64,000 nucleotides of DNA from Arenicellales bacterium (GCA_028285795.1 JAPYNL010000033.1:6447-70446); one strand, 5' to 3'; counted from the stretch's first letter, positions 19,933 to 29,665 are shown. A program made the numbers and translations. Notes: generated by a model not told the origin, from the letters alone.

Positions 19933-21555
19933 CTAATAGGTCGGATCGTACATGAACTCTTTAATATGACTTTCGATATCGGCAGGTCGAGGCAATTGGG
20001 CAATATCCTTATCCCAGGCATGGCTCGCAACCGCGGTCGCTATATTGAGCGATACCCGGCGAATCTTTTCCACTCTGGGATAGACAGAGCCATGCTCAAT
20101 GTCATCCTCGGTCAAGGACTCCGCCAGAACCTTGGCGGCAACCAGAAACATCTCATCTGGTATGTATTTAGCCTTGCAGACAATTGCGCCAAGACCAACT
20201 CCGGGGAAGATGTAGGCATTATTTCCCTGACCGGGCCGGATTAGTCGGCCATCATAAACGATGTCGTCAAAGGGACTGCCACTGGCAAATATTGCCCGCC
20301 CATCGGTCCATTGATAGGCTTCTTCAGCCGTACACTCTGCTCGACTGGTCGGGTTTGACAATGCGAATATTCCCGGTTTTGACCTGATTGATGCCATTTT
20401 GCGGACGATCTCCTGAGTAAAGGTCGCTGGCGAGCCGGTTGCCCCTATCAGGATATCCGGGCGGTGGATATCGATCGCATCCAGTAGTTCACACTCTTCC
20501 ACGTCGTGCGCATAGCGCTGGATGTAATCCGGCAGGTTTGGCAACCCTTTGCGAATCAGTCCCTGCCGGTTGAAAAACCACAGTCTCCGAGTCGCTTCTT
20601 CTTCATTGACTCCGCTTTCAATGAGTGCCTCGACAATCAGGTTTCCCATGCCGGTCGCCGCTGATCCAGCCCCGAGAAACAGAAATTTAAGATCTCGGAA
20701 ATCGACTCCTGAAAAGCGGGTCGAGGCATAAATTCCGGCCAGTACCACGGATGCAGTGCCCTGGATGTCATCGTTAAAGCACAATGCCCTCTCGCGATAG
20801 GCATTCAGGTGGGCAAATGCATTATCGGCCGTGAAATCCTCAAACTGAATCAGCACGCCGGGAAATGCATCCTGGGCAGCTTCGATGAACTCATCCATGA
20901 GACTGAAATATTCAGCGCCCTGCAAACGCGGCTGACGCAACCCAAGATAGATGGGATCTGCAACCAACTCTTCGTTGTTGGTGCCCACATCAAACATCAC
21001 CGGCAAGGTTTGGTCCGGCGAGATTCCAGCACAGGCACAATAAAGGCCAAGCTTGCCAAGCGGAATGCCCATTCCGTTTGCTCCAAGATCGCCCAAACCC
21101 AGAATTCTCCCGCCATCCGTAATGACGATAATGCGTACATCACGGTTAGGCCAGTTATGCAGAATTTTACGGATCCGGCCACGGTCCCTAGCCGTCACGT
21201 AAAAACCTTTTTCGGTGCGGAATATGCTGGCAAATTCACGACAGGCCTGCCCGACGGTCGGGGTATAGACAATGGGCAGCAATTCCTGAAAATTGTCCAT
21301 GATCAGTCTGAAAAACAATCGCTCGTTACGATCTTGCAGCATGGACAGAAAAATATATTTCTCAATGTCGCTTTCCTTGCGACGCATGTTGGCAAGCACA
21401 CGCTTGATTTGGGTGTTCATTGAGCCCACAGCCGGCGGCAAGAGCCCACGCAACCCGTACCGGTCACGTTCTTCCTCGGTGAATGCGGTCGACTTGTTGC
21501 ATGCGGCACTGTGCAGCAGCTTGACGCCCGTTAACCCATGCTCATTGTTGCTCAT
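19933..21555 (-). CDS. maeA: NAD-dependent malic enzyme
   Basis: About 540 aa. YTPTVGQAC, VITDGGRILGLGDLG, and FNDDIQGTA are malic enzyme motifs. The start at 21555 is preceded by AGGAGA. The tracked ORF extends to 21603. Confidence 0.92.
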   Translation of the reverse strand: MSNNEHGLTGVKLLHSAACNKSTAFTEEERDRYGLRGLLPPAVGSMNTQIKRVLANMRRKESDIEKYIFLSMLQDRNERLFFRLIMDNFQELLPIVYTPTVGQACREFASIFRTEKGFYVTARDRGRIRKILHNWPNRDVRIIVITDGGRILGLGDLGANGMGIPLGKLGLYCACAGISPDQTLPVMFDVGTNNEELVADPIYLGLRQPRLQGAEYFSLMDEFIEAAQDAFPGVLIQFEDFTADNAFAHLNAYRERALCFNDDIQGTASVVLAGIYASTRFSGVDFRDLKFLFLGAGSAATGMGNLIVEALIESGVNEEEATRRLWFFNRQGLIRKGLPNLPDYIQRYAHDVEECELLDAIDIHRPDILIGATGSPATFTQEIVRKMASIRSKPGIFALSNPTSRAECTAEEAYQWTDGRAIFASGSPFDDIVYDGRLIRPGQGNNAYIFPGVGLGAIVCKAKYIPDEMFLVAAKVLAESLTEDDIEHGSVYPRVEKIRRVSLNIATAVASHAWDKDIAQLPRPADIESHIKEFMYDPTY

Positions 21556-22843
21556 TTTCTTTCTCCTGTCTGATGCTTGATTGTACCTTGTCAAAATAGG
21601 CATTCTTCATCGCATTTTCAAAATCCCGGTTGTTGTCATATTGATAGCCGAATACCGGCTTCCATAAATCATGGGGTTCCATGCAAAGATAAAAGAACAC
21701 GCGCTCATGCCAATGCTCAAACGCATCATATACAGCACTGAACATGTCAATCTTGACATGTTCGGGATAGGATAGTTTTCCAGCACATTCTTCAAGTGGC
21801 ATTTGCAGAATTTTGCTCTTCAGATTTCGTTTTCGGATGGTTTTCATAACCGCTCGGGTATAAGTCAGGGTTCCCAGTGAAACCATGGCGACTTGATCCG
21901 GGTCAAAGGTCTGTACCAGCGTATGCGCAAGGTCCGTATAGTCCGGTTCCCATCCCGAATAATGAACAATCGGATGAAAATGAAATCCTACCAAAACCCC
22001 CTTTCTGGCCATCGCATGTGCCGCATCCAGGCGTTGCCGCAGACTGGCTGTTAAATGCTCCTCATGGTCAATAATCACCTGTGCATTTAGCGACCAGGTA
22101 CAGATCACGTTTTTCGGAACCGGGTTATCCAGTAACCATCCGATATTTCTGGATTTGGTTTTGAGTTCAAGCAGGACGTTTGGATTTTGTTCGGCAAATG
22201 CACAAAGAGCCTCAAGTACACCCTGGCGGTTTCCCCACATCAATGAATCGGATGACTGCCCCGTTCCAATATGGTAGAGCCGATCACTCTTAAACTTCAG
22301 CCTTTGCAGTCTGGATGAAAAATCCGGGTCAAATGCAACTTGATCGCCATGGTAAAACGATTGAATACTGCAATAGCTGCAGTCAAATCCGCATTGTTGA
22401 ACCGCATCAAGAGTCATCAGGTTGCAGCAGCGGGTTCTCTCTGAAGCCACCGGACATCTGCCCAGGCCTAATTCCTTCCGAGTCCGATTGACCAGTTTTG
22501 GTTTCACTGTCAATGGCTTGTCCTTGACAGTGAAATTCTGATAGCAGTTGGTTCTGCTCTTCAGTTCATCGTGAATTCTCTGTATTTCCGAGAGCACCCG
22601 TTTCTTGTTTTGCCTCGCATCAGGAAGCGGGGGCGCATCGGGCCAATCGGCTGAAATGCAGGTTTCCTTCCATCTTAATCGATCAAGAGCCATATCGCTT
22701 ACCCTGCACAGTTCCTGTTGCGTAAAGCGCATTTCGTGAGCCTTGCTGCGAACAAAGTCCTGAACCTGTTCGCTCAACAGACTGAACGACGAATGTTCTA
22801 CGATCTTCTCAAACTTGGCGCGATAGGTTGAGTCGGAATGCAT
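21542..22843 (-). CDS. Radical SAM protein, spore photoproduct lyase (SPL)-like family
   Basis: 433 aa with the CX3CX2C cluster motif CGFDCSYC. The overall similarity is to proteobacterial SPL-family proteins. Its last 14 nt overlap the maeA start. Confidence 0.65.
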   Translation of the reverse strand: MHSDSTYRAKFEKIVEHSSFSLLSEQVQDFVRSKAHEMRFTQQELCRVSDMALDRLRWKETCISADWPDAPPLPDARQNKKRVLSEIQRIHDELKSRTNCYQNFTVKDKPLTVKPKLVNRTRKELGLGRCPVASERTRCCNLMTLDAVQQCGFDCSYCSIQSFYHGDQVAFDPDFSSRLQRLKFKSDRLYHIGTGQSSDSLMWGNRQGVLEALCAFAEQNPNVLLELKTKSRNIGWLLDNPVPKNVICTWSLNAQVIIDHEEHLTASLRQRLDAAHAMARKGVLVGFHFHPIVHYSGWEPDYTDLAHTLVQTFDPDQVAMVSLGTLTYTRAVMKTIRKRNLKSKILQMPLEECAGKLSYPEHVKIDMFSAVYDAFEHWHERVFFYLCMEPHDLWKPVFGYQYDNNRDFENAMKNAYFDKVQSSIRQEKENEQQ

Positions 22844-23110
22844 GAATGCCAGGCGATCTGATTGAGTCAGCAGGTATAATCTACCGGTGAATACCGAAAA
22901 CTCCTACGACACTTTCAGAACGGATAAATCAGTGAATTTGCAGAAAACCGGATTTCTTTCGGCGAGGGCTGAAATTGATTCGTGGCCCTGGTTTTGATTT
23001 TATCACCAATTCACCAAAGCAGCGAAATTACCGCAAGACCTGAAAGAACCTTTCCTGTTGGTGCAGCCTGACGACATGCATTGCCAGCAGGTCCCTGCAG
23101 GAATTCAAGA

Positions 23111-23734
23111 TTGAATCATTCAGCCGTCCCCACAGATCAGATTGACCAATGCCTGCCGCAAACGCAGTGTACGCTTTGTGGCTATCCTGGCTGTTGGGAA
23201 TATGCAGAGGCCATCGCCCACGGACATGCAGAAATCAACCAGTGCCCACCTGGAGGAACTATCACGATCTCTGCGTTGGCAACATTGCTGAATCGTCCTG
23301 AAATCCCCCTCAATGAAAAGCACGGGGTTCAGAAAAGGAAGAAAGTGGCCCGGATCCGGGAGATCGACTGCATTGGCTGCAAACTGTGCATGAAGGTCTG
23401 CCCAGTGGATTGCATTGTCGGTGCCGACAAGCTGATGCATACAGTGATTGCCCGGCAATGCACCGGATGCAGGCTCTGCGTTCCCGTCTGTCCAACCGAC
23501 TGCATTGAACTGCTGTCTGCTGCAAATGCCGGGGGTTCGCCTAGCCTCTGGCCAGACTTTACCGAAGAGCAGGTAGTGCGAGCCCGCATTGATGTTCATC
23601 ATAAACTCGAGAGGAAAAAGAAACATGCTTCGGAGTGCTCATCGGACATGACGCCGATCGGCCGTAAACGACTCCGACGGGAAATCAAGGCGGCCGTCAA
23701 GCGCAAAAAATCTGCCCGTAACGATGATTCATGA
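23111..23734 (+). CDS. RnfB/RsxB-like ferredoxin lacking the N-terminal membrane anchor, with a basic C-terminal tail
   Basis: [21 protein letters not shown]...INQCPPGG is the RnfB Fe-S domain, and two 4Fe-4S motifs follow ([24 protein letters not shown]). There is no in-frame ATG. The candidate starts are TTG at 23111 (AGGA upstream) and TTG at 23081. The stop overlaps the nth ATG (ATGA). Confidence 0.8.
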   Translation: MNHSAVPTDQIDQCLPQTQCTLCGYPGCWEYAEAIAHGHAEINQCPPGGTITISALATLLNRPEIPLNEKHGVQKRKKVARIREIDCIGCKLCMKVCPVDCIVGADKLMHTVIARQCTGCRLCVPVCPTDCIELLSAANAGGSPSLWPDFTEEQVVRARIDVHHKLERKKKHASECSSDMTPIGRKRLRREIKAAVKRKKSARNDDS

Positions 23735-24363
23735 ACGCTGCTGCAATTTCTGAAACCTTCGCCAGGCTGGCCAGGAACAATCCTGCCCCGACTACTGAAC
23801 TCGCGTATCGCTCTGAATTTGAATTGTTGATCTCTGTAATTCTGTCTGCCCAGGCAACCGATATTTCCGTGAACAAGGCCACCCGTAATCTATTTCAAAT
23901 CGCCAATACCCCTTCGGCAATCCTTGCGCTCGGTTTGGACAGACTGAGGGAACACATTCGAAATATCGGATTGTTCAATACCAAGGCGAACAACATCCTG
24001 AAAACCTGTGAAATGCTGCTTGAAAAACATGACGGGGACGTCCCCCGAACTCGTCAGGAGCTTCAAGCGTTACCGGGAGTGGGCAGAAAAACTGCCAACG
24101 TTATCTTGAACACGGCGTTTGGAGAACCCGTGATTGCGGTTGACACCCATATTTTCAGGGTTTCGAATCGAACCGGAATTGCCCCCGGAAGAAATGTTGA
24201 TGATGTCGAGAGCAAGCTGATGAAGCGGGTTCCGAATCGATTCAAGAAGAATGCCCATCATTGGCTAATTCTTCATGGTCGGTACGTGTGCACAGCACGC
24301 AAGCCAAAATGCGGATCGTGCGTGATCAATGATCTCTGTAACAGTGCTTTCAAGTTCAATTAA
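23731..24363 (+). CDS. nth: Endonuclease III
   Basis: 210 aa with the HhH motif [11 protein letters not shown] and a C-terminal [4Fe-4S] ligand pattern CX6CX2CX5C ([17 protein letters not shown]). Confidence 0.95.
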   Translation: MNAAAISETFARLARNNPAPTTELAYRSEFELLISVILSAQATDISVNKATRNLFQIANTPSAILALGLDRLREHIRNIGLFNTKANNILKTCEMLLEKHDGDVPRTRQELQALPGVGRKTANVILNTAFGEPVIAVDTHIFRVSNRTGIAPGRNVDDVESKLMKRVPNRFKKNAHHWLILHGRYVCTARKPKCGSCVINDLCNSAFKFN

Positions 24364-24967
24364 CCGGCTTTCTCAAGTCATGTCCATAAAACCCGGTTTG
24401 GTCCGCCCATCTCTACCTGCAAAAGGCCTTTGATGAACTCAGTCGGAAATTGCGGACCGCTTGTCAAGAAACTTCTGAAAGTTTTTTGCCGTATCGAAAA
24501 AAACTTTTTATCAATGGCTTGTGATTCGATTAATGGCATTGATGAAGATGCCATTGACAGTGGCCCGGCGTTTCGCCTGCCTGTTTTCAAGTGGTCAGCT
24601 TTGAACCCATATGGCCAAAGCAATGTTCTCATGCCTGATGCCATGCATCCAGTTTCAGGACGCCCCCAAGTGTCCGGTCTTGCGGTCTGCACCTGCCTAA
24701 CCACATGACTCTAGCACAGGCCTGATACGGAAAAGTCGGGATTGTCAGCATTTCGGTGCTGTGCGAACGCCTTGAGATCCTGATCGCAGCCAATGCCGGG
24801 ACAAGAAGGTGAAAGGGCATTTATCGGTTCAGAAATTCTTTCCGACGAAAAATTCGTCCTGGATGTCCCCGATCAAGGTTAGTAGTGGTCGAGTGAAAGG
24901 GTATAATCCCCGCATTGCTGTTTTCACTCAAAAACATGGCACCTCTTTTCTGATTAAGGGATAACTG

Positions 24968-25936
24968 ATGGATATCAAGGTTAGACACAACTTCACGCAA
25001 ACACTCAAAGATCATGAATGCCCCCCCTTGCGTCGGGCAAAGCTCTCTGAACTGCAAATCAATACCGGTTACTTGTGCAATCAGGCCTGTGAGCACTGCC
25101 ATGTAGAAGCCGGACCCAAACGGACCGAGCTAATGACCTGGGAGACGATGCAGCGCATACTAAAATGGATTGATCACAATCATGTCAAATCGGTCGATAT
25201 CACCGGTGGTGCACCCGAGTTAAACCCTCATTTTCGGCAATTTTGCGATGCTCTGAGATCTCGCAATGTCGCGATTACAAGTCGTTGCAACATCACGGTT
25301 CAATTTGAACAGGGGCAGGAATACCTCGCAAGCTGGTATGCCGAACGCAGGATTCGTCTGGTCTGCTCACTTCCCTGCTACAGTCGCAAGAATGTCGACC
25401 AGCAACGCGGCAAGGGCGTATTTGACAAGAGCATTCAGGGGCTATTGAATTTCAATCAGCATGGCTATGGGATAGACCCTGACTTGATCCTTGATTTGGT
25501 CTACAATCCAGTCGGGCCCTATCTGCCGCCTGTTCAGTCATTGCTTGAGGTCGATTACAAGAAAGCTCTTTCGGAAGACTTCGGCATTGTCTTCAATCGA
25601 CTTCTGGCACTAACCAATCTGCCCGTAAAGCGTTTTCGCCATTTCCTGGAGAGAACCAATCAGCTGGGAGATTATCAGCAGCTTCTGGCAGAGAACTTCA
25701 ATCCTCTCACCGTTGAGCATCTGATGTGCAGACACCTGATCAGCGTGGACTGGCAAGGGAATGTCTATGACTGCGACTTCAACCAGATGATCGGCATGCA
25801 TCTGGGGAGGGGAAACCCTACCAAACTGTGGGAACTCGAGGCAGGCGGCCTCGCTGACAATCTGATCCGGGTGGGCGATCACTGCTATGGCTGTACTGCC
25901 GGTGCCGGCAGCAGCTGTGGCGGCACTCTGGATTAA
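24968..25936 (+). CDS. arsS: Radical SAM/Cys-rich protein, ArsS-like
   Basis: 322 aa. LQINTGYLCNQACEHCHV, DITGGAPELNP, QQRGKGVFDKS, CDFNQM and the C-terminal HCYGCTAGAGSSCGG closely follow the ArsS-type radical SAM/Cys-rich family pattern. Confidence 0.8.
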   Translation: MDIKVRHNFTQTLKDHECPPLRRAKLSELQINTGYLCNQACEHCHVEAGPKRTELMTWETMQRILKWIDHNHVKSVDITGGAPELNPHFRQFCDALRSRNVAITSRCNITVQFEQGQEYLASWYAERRIRLVCSLPCYSRKNVDQQRGKGVFDKSIQGLLNFNQHGYGIDPDLILDLVYNPVGPYLPPVQSLLEVDYKKALSEDFGIVFNRLLALTNLPVKRFRHFLERTNQLGDYQQLLAENFNPLTVEHLMCRHLISVDWQGNVYDCDFNQMIGMHLGRGNPTKLWELEAGGLADNLIRVGDHCYGCTAGAGSSCGGTLD

Positions 25937-25979
25937 TCAAGTTTTTGACAAGGCTACCCCTTACCAGACTCCGTTGAAT

Positions 25980-26414
25980 CTATGCCTGGCTGAAAACCCA
26001 TAGCAGAACGGCATATCTGGCAAGCTTGCCAAGAAAAATCATGAGCGAGCATAACGCAACGGGCAATCTTAGGTACCCGGCTGCCAGGCAGAGCGGATCC
26101 CCCACAACCGGCATCCAGGAAAACAATAACGCCATCGGACCCCATTTCGCTACTCGATTCAGGGCCCGATCTTCCAGCTTGAAACGCTTTTGAATGCTCT
26201 GGTGCCAGGACATTTTCGATAATCCCCGTTTGAGCACCCAGCCAAGTGCAAACATGAGACAGCCTCCTGTCGTATTGCCAGCTGTAGCTACCGCCAACAG
26301 GATGAATACCGGGTATTTATCTGACTGGAAAAGATAATACAGCAGTAATTCCACGCCGAATGGAGCGAGTGTGGAGGCAAGTACCGAACCAAAAAATAAA
26401 CCGGCAAGTTCCAT
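25980..26414 (-). CDS. yqaA: YqaA/DedA-type small inner membrane protein
   Basis: 144 aa with four predicted TM segments. The family-like motifs AVATAGNTTGG and DPLCLAAG are present. Confidence 0.65.
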   Translation of the reverse strand: MELAGLFFGSVLASTLAPFGVELLLYYLFQSDKYPVFILLAVATAGNTTGGCLMFALGWVLKRGLSKMSWHQSIQKRFKLEDRALNRVAKWGPMALLFSWMPVVGDPLCLAAGYLRLPVALCSLMIFLGKLARYAVLLWVFSQA

Positions 26415-26491
26415 CAGTTGTTGGACAGTCAGCTCCAGGGAACCTCAAGGGGCATGCCAGCCAATCGCAGTGAAGGAAGCGAAACGGTTGT

Positions 26492-26845
26492 TCAGAGCAG
26501 TAATTCGATAAAGGATGCTATGCCACGTGCAAATTCTGTCTCAAGAGGAAACGACAACATGCCCATGACCGAATACCCCAGTATCCATGGCATCAGATAA
26601 AACCGAATCATATAGAAGAACCAGGCAACATACAAAGGCACCAGACCCTCGACCAGAAAGCCCGGGGTGATCGGCTTGAACAGTCGTATCAGGGGGTCCG
26701 TATATTTGACAAAGACACGCATAAAAAAGAATTTGCTGTCCTGCGGAAGAAATATTCCCATTCCGAAGCGTCCGATCAGGGTCCACATGACCATTCCCAT
26801 GATGTAATCAAAGGTCAACAGCCAAATTGGAAATTCTGCATACAT
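26492..26845 (-). CDS. Small membrane protein, YggT-like
   Basis: 117 aa and hydrophobic. YTDPLIRLFKPITPG resembles the YggT motif. The assignment is tentative. Confidence 0.45.
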   Translation of the reverse strand: MYAEFPIWLLTFDYIMGMVMWTLIGRFGMGIFLPQDSKFFFMRVFVKYTDPLIRLFKPITPGFLVEGLVPLYVAWFFYMIRFYLMPWILGYSVMGMLSFPLETEFARGIASFIELLL

Positions 26846-27136
26846 GGTGAATGACGAGTGGTTGAGACATGATTGACGAGTGGACTGAAGATCCTCAATT
26901 CCCGCAAGGTGCAGTATATCGAATTGAGAGGATGTTGGTAAGCTCTGCGATTATCCGTGGTTTTGGAAAAAACCCGATTCTTTCCGGCAAGTGCCCGCAG
27001 GACAGCCGGGAACCAGTTTGGCCGGAAATGGTAAAAACAGCAGGAGTCCGTCCTACCCTGCTTGTGCGAAAATTCTCCTGAAGCCATCGAAAATCATGAC
27101 GGATCATATTGGCTTGCGACCTTGTTTGCCTCACAC

Positions 27137-27160
27137 CATGCCGGCATATTGATTTTGAAC
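27137..27160. repeat. Imperfect direct repeat, copy A (catgccg-N7-gattttgaac)
   Basis: Copy A reads catgccggcatattgattttgaac. Copy B is at 27398-27420. The two share a 7-mer and a 10-mer in the same order. Confidence 0.5.
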
Positions 27161-27397
27161 TGCATGTCCTGCATGCCTGGTCCCTGTATTTTCCAGATAA
27201 TACCGATTTTTGTCCATACCCGGTTTGGCCGGGTCTTGATGTCTGAGGCCGGAATTACCACCCTGCCACTGTCTTGAACCTCGGGATTTCGTGCTTGAAT
27301 GCATGACTCGCAGACGCTTCTGCATGCAGCAAGGAATATTTTCCGGCTGAAAATTCGGCTGTCCTGCAGTAATAAACCGGTATGCGCGGGAAAACGC

Positions 27398-27420
27398 CAT
27401 GCCGTTGCCGGATTTTGAAC
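27398..27420. repeat. Imperfect direct repeat, copy B (catgccg-N6-gattttgaac)
   Basis: Copy B reads catgccgttgccggattttgaac, 261 bp from copy A, inside the same ORF-poor intergenic region. Confidence 0.5.
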
Positions 27421-27522
27421 AAGAGGACGATGAACGGTTAGCCGGAAGCGGGGTCTGGCGTCCGGCATCCGGTCTCAGGCTTTATTCTACACACATATGC
27501 TCCATGCCGGCTCGCAAGCCCG

Positions 27523-27547
27523 AAAAAAAACCGGGGACGAGCCCCGG
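27523..27547 (-). terminator. Rho-independent terminator of the symporter operon
   Basis: On the minus strand, CCGGGG-ctcgt-CCCCGG is followed by T8, 27 nt downstream of the symporter stop. Confidence 0.8.
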
Positions 27548-27573
27548 TTTTCAATGCACATGAAGATTCAGGC

Positions 27574-29400
27574 TTACTTCGCAGCCTGAGCCTCAATTAT
27601 TGTCTTTCCAGCCGGTACACGGGTATCGTCCACCATGGCCTGAATTTCTGCATCGGGTTCCGGAGTCATCAGAGAGACAACAACCATGCAAATCAGGCTA
27701 ACTGGCATTCCAATTATGCCAAATCGCAGATGGTCGATGCCAATCCAGGGATCCATTCCAGCGAACCTGACCATGTACAGATACCAGGTTCCAGCCACGA
27801 ATCCACCAATCATGCCGGCTATTGCGCCCTGACGATTCGCCCGTTTCCACCAGATGCCCAGCACGATCGGGAATAGCAATCCAGAGCATGCGAAATCGAA
27901 CGCCCATGCTACCGCACCCAGAATGCTGGTCAATTTCAAGCTTGCAACAAATGCACCTGCTGCACCGATGCCCAGCAACAAGGCGCGGGCAACCAGAAGA
28001 CGCTTCTTGGTTTCAGCGTTCGGATCGATGATCTTGTAGTACAAGTCATGCGACAGGGCATTGGCAATAGCGAGAAGCAGGCCATCTGCTGTCGACATCG
28101 CTGCAGCCATACCGCCTGCGGCAACCAGTCCGGAAATCACGTAGGGCAATCCTGCAATCTCGGGTGTTGCGAGCACTACGATATCCCCACGCATGAAGAA
28201 TTCGTTCAGCTGGAGGATTCCATCACCATTGGCATCGATAACCTGAAGAAACCCAACGTTGCTCCATTTTTGAACCCATTCCAGAGCGTTGACTTCGGTG
28301 ATCGACTTGCCGATGAGACTGGTTGACAGATTTGGATCCAGAATTTGCAGTTTCACAAAAGTTGCAAGTGCGGGAGCCGTGCAATACAACAGGAAGATGA
28401 AGAACAACGACCATGCAACGGACTGCCGTGCCGCTTTCACGGAAGGAGTAGTGAAGTAACGCATCAGGATATGAGGCAGAGATGCCGTTCCTGCCATCAT
28501 GCACAATACCAGTGTCACAAACTTCCAGCTAGCAAGCGCACCCTGGCCGGCTTCAGCATAAGGAACGGTCAAGGCCCTTAGACCCCCTGCTGCACCGCTT
28601 ACTGCCTCGAGGGTACCCAGGCCATGCAACTGCTCAAGTTCGGTAATTCGAGCCACAGCATCGCCATAAACCAGCTGGGGTATCAAGCCAAAACCCTGCT
28701 TGTTTGACATCCAGAATACCGGTACAAGATACGCGATGATCAGTACGATGTACTGAGCAACCTGTGTCCAGGTGACCGCACGCATGCCTCCCAGCATTGA
28801 ACACAGCAAGATTCCCAATAGTCCAAACCAGACCCCGACTTCAAAGGGAATCTGCAAGGCGCGGGCTGCGATGGTACCGGTCGCATTGATCTGGGCCGTC
28901 ACATAAGTAAATGAAGCCACGACAAGGATGACCACCGCACAAAAACGACTGAGCTTTCCGCCATAGCGTGTCCCGATGAAATCGGGAACCGTATAACAGC
29001 CAAACTTGCGCAGATAGGGAGCCATCAATGAAGCAACAAGGATGTAGCCGCCGGTCCATCCGACTACAAACGCAAGGTAGCCGTGACCACCGAAGTAGAT
29101 ACCACCGGCCATGGCAACAAACGAAGCCCCGGACATCCAGTCTGCTGCGGTCGCCATACCGTTGAATACGGTGGGCACCTGTCTGCCCGCCACGTAGTAG
29201 GCCCCAACTTCCATGGTCCGGGACAGGAATCCAATCGCCGCATAAATAAATACTGTGAAAGCTACGAACAGGATACCGATGGTGTCAGCACCCACTCCCA
29301 TCTGCTCAAGGACTGCCATCAAGATGACAAATACGAGGAATCCCCCCGTGTAAGTGCCATAAATCTTGGGCAAGTTACTAATAAAATCGCCTTTAAACAT
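27574..29400 (-). CDS. Sodium:solute symporter family transporter (ActP/VC_2705-like)
   Basis: About 608 aa, polytopic, with typical SSF motifs. The start at 29400 is preceded by a perfect AGGAGG. The gene is paired with an upstream DUF4212 small subunit. Confidence 0.88.
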   Translation of the reverse strand: MFKGDFISNLPKIYGTYTGGFLVFVILMAVLEQMGVGADTIGILFVAFTVFIYAAIGFLSRTMEVGAYYVAGRQVPTVFNGMATAADWMSGASFVAMAGGIYFGGHGYLAFVVGWTGGYILVASLMAPYLRKFGCYTVPDFIGTRYGGKLSRFCAVVILVVASFTYVTAQINATGTIAARALQIPFEVGVWFGLLGILLCSMLGGMRAVTWTQVAQYIVLIIAYLVPVFWMSNKQGFGLIPQLVYGDAVARITELEQLHGLGTLEAVSGAAGGLRALTVPYAEAGQGALASWKFVTLVLCMMAGTASLPHILMRYFTTPSVKAARQSVAWSLFFIFLLYCTAPALATFVKLQILDPNLSTSLIGKSITEVNALEWVQKWSNVGFLQVIDANGDGILQLNEFFMRGDIVVLATPEIAGLPYVISGLVAAGGMAAAMSTADGLLLAIANALSHDLYYKIIDPNAETKKRLLVARALLLGIGAAGAFVASLKLTSILGAVAWAFDFACSGLLFPIVLGIWWKRANRQGAIAGMIGGFVAGTWYLYMVRFAGMDPWIGIDHLRFGIIGMPVSLICMVVVSLMTPEPDAEIQAMVDDTRVPAGKTIIEAQAAK

Positions 29401-29404
29401 TTTC

Positions 29405-29665
29405 TTATTCCTCCTCGGCAAATCCATATTGCAGGTCGATCTTGTGCTGTGTACGAGCGAACCAGAAAATAATTATTACAAAAGCAACTTCTGAACCCTG
29501 TGCAGCCATGTAGAATCCCAATGGAAACCCCAGAAAAGAAAACGCATTCAATGCGCCTGCAAACCAGTGTACGACAAAGGAGAAAAATGCCCATAACGAC
29601 AAAGTAATGATCATTAGACGCTTAGTGCTTTGCCAATGCATCAACCTATTATCGGCTTCATTCAT
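29405..29665 (-). CDS. DUF4212 small membrane subunit associated with sodium:solute symporters
   Basis: 86 aa with two TM helices. It sits immediately upstream (4-nt gap) of the symporter, which is the characteristic pairing. Confidence 0.75.
   Translation of the reverse strand: MNEADNRLMHWQSTKRLMIITLSLWAFFSFVVHWFAGALNAFSFLGFPLGFYMAAQGSEVAFVIIIFWFARTQHKIDLQYGFAEEE

Noticed and set aside
22875-22880. A perfect TATAAT in the spacer between the SPL-like and RnfB-like genes.
   Set aside because: The only TTGAGT-like -35 hexamer is 7 nt away, far too close. The element lies about 200-235 nt from the RnfB-like start candidates, so I do not call a promoter.
24430-24708. A 92-aa ORF with a Cys-containing C-terminus upstream of a radical SAM gene, considered as a possible RiPP precursor.
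   Set aside because: The radical SAM enzyme belongs to the ArsS-like family, which is not a peptide-maturase family. The ORF is 260 bp away, lacks an SD, and has an equally long ORF overlapping it on the opposite strand.
24729-24740. GGAAAAGTCGGG resembles the RNase P RNA CR-I motif (GGAAAGTCCGGG), and GGTGAAAGGG lies about 80 nt downstream.
   Set aside because: The match contains indels. The ACAGAAnnCGGCTTA motif and the P4 pairing partner are absent. The required length would run into the ArsS-like coding sequence.
27265-27271. GCCACTG, a short motif conserved in cobalamin riboswitches, inside the long intergenic region.
   Set aside because: No GGTG..GAA..TCC or GCTG..CCCGCAAC elements accompany it. 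There is also no downstream gene on that strand for it to control.
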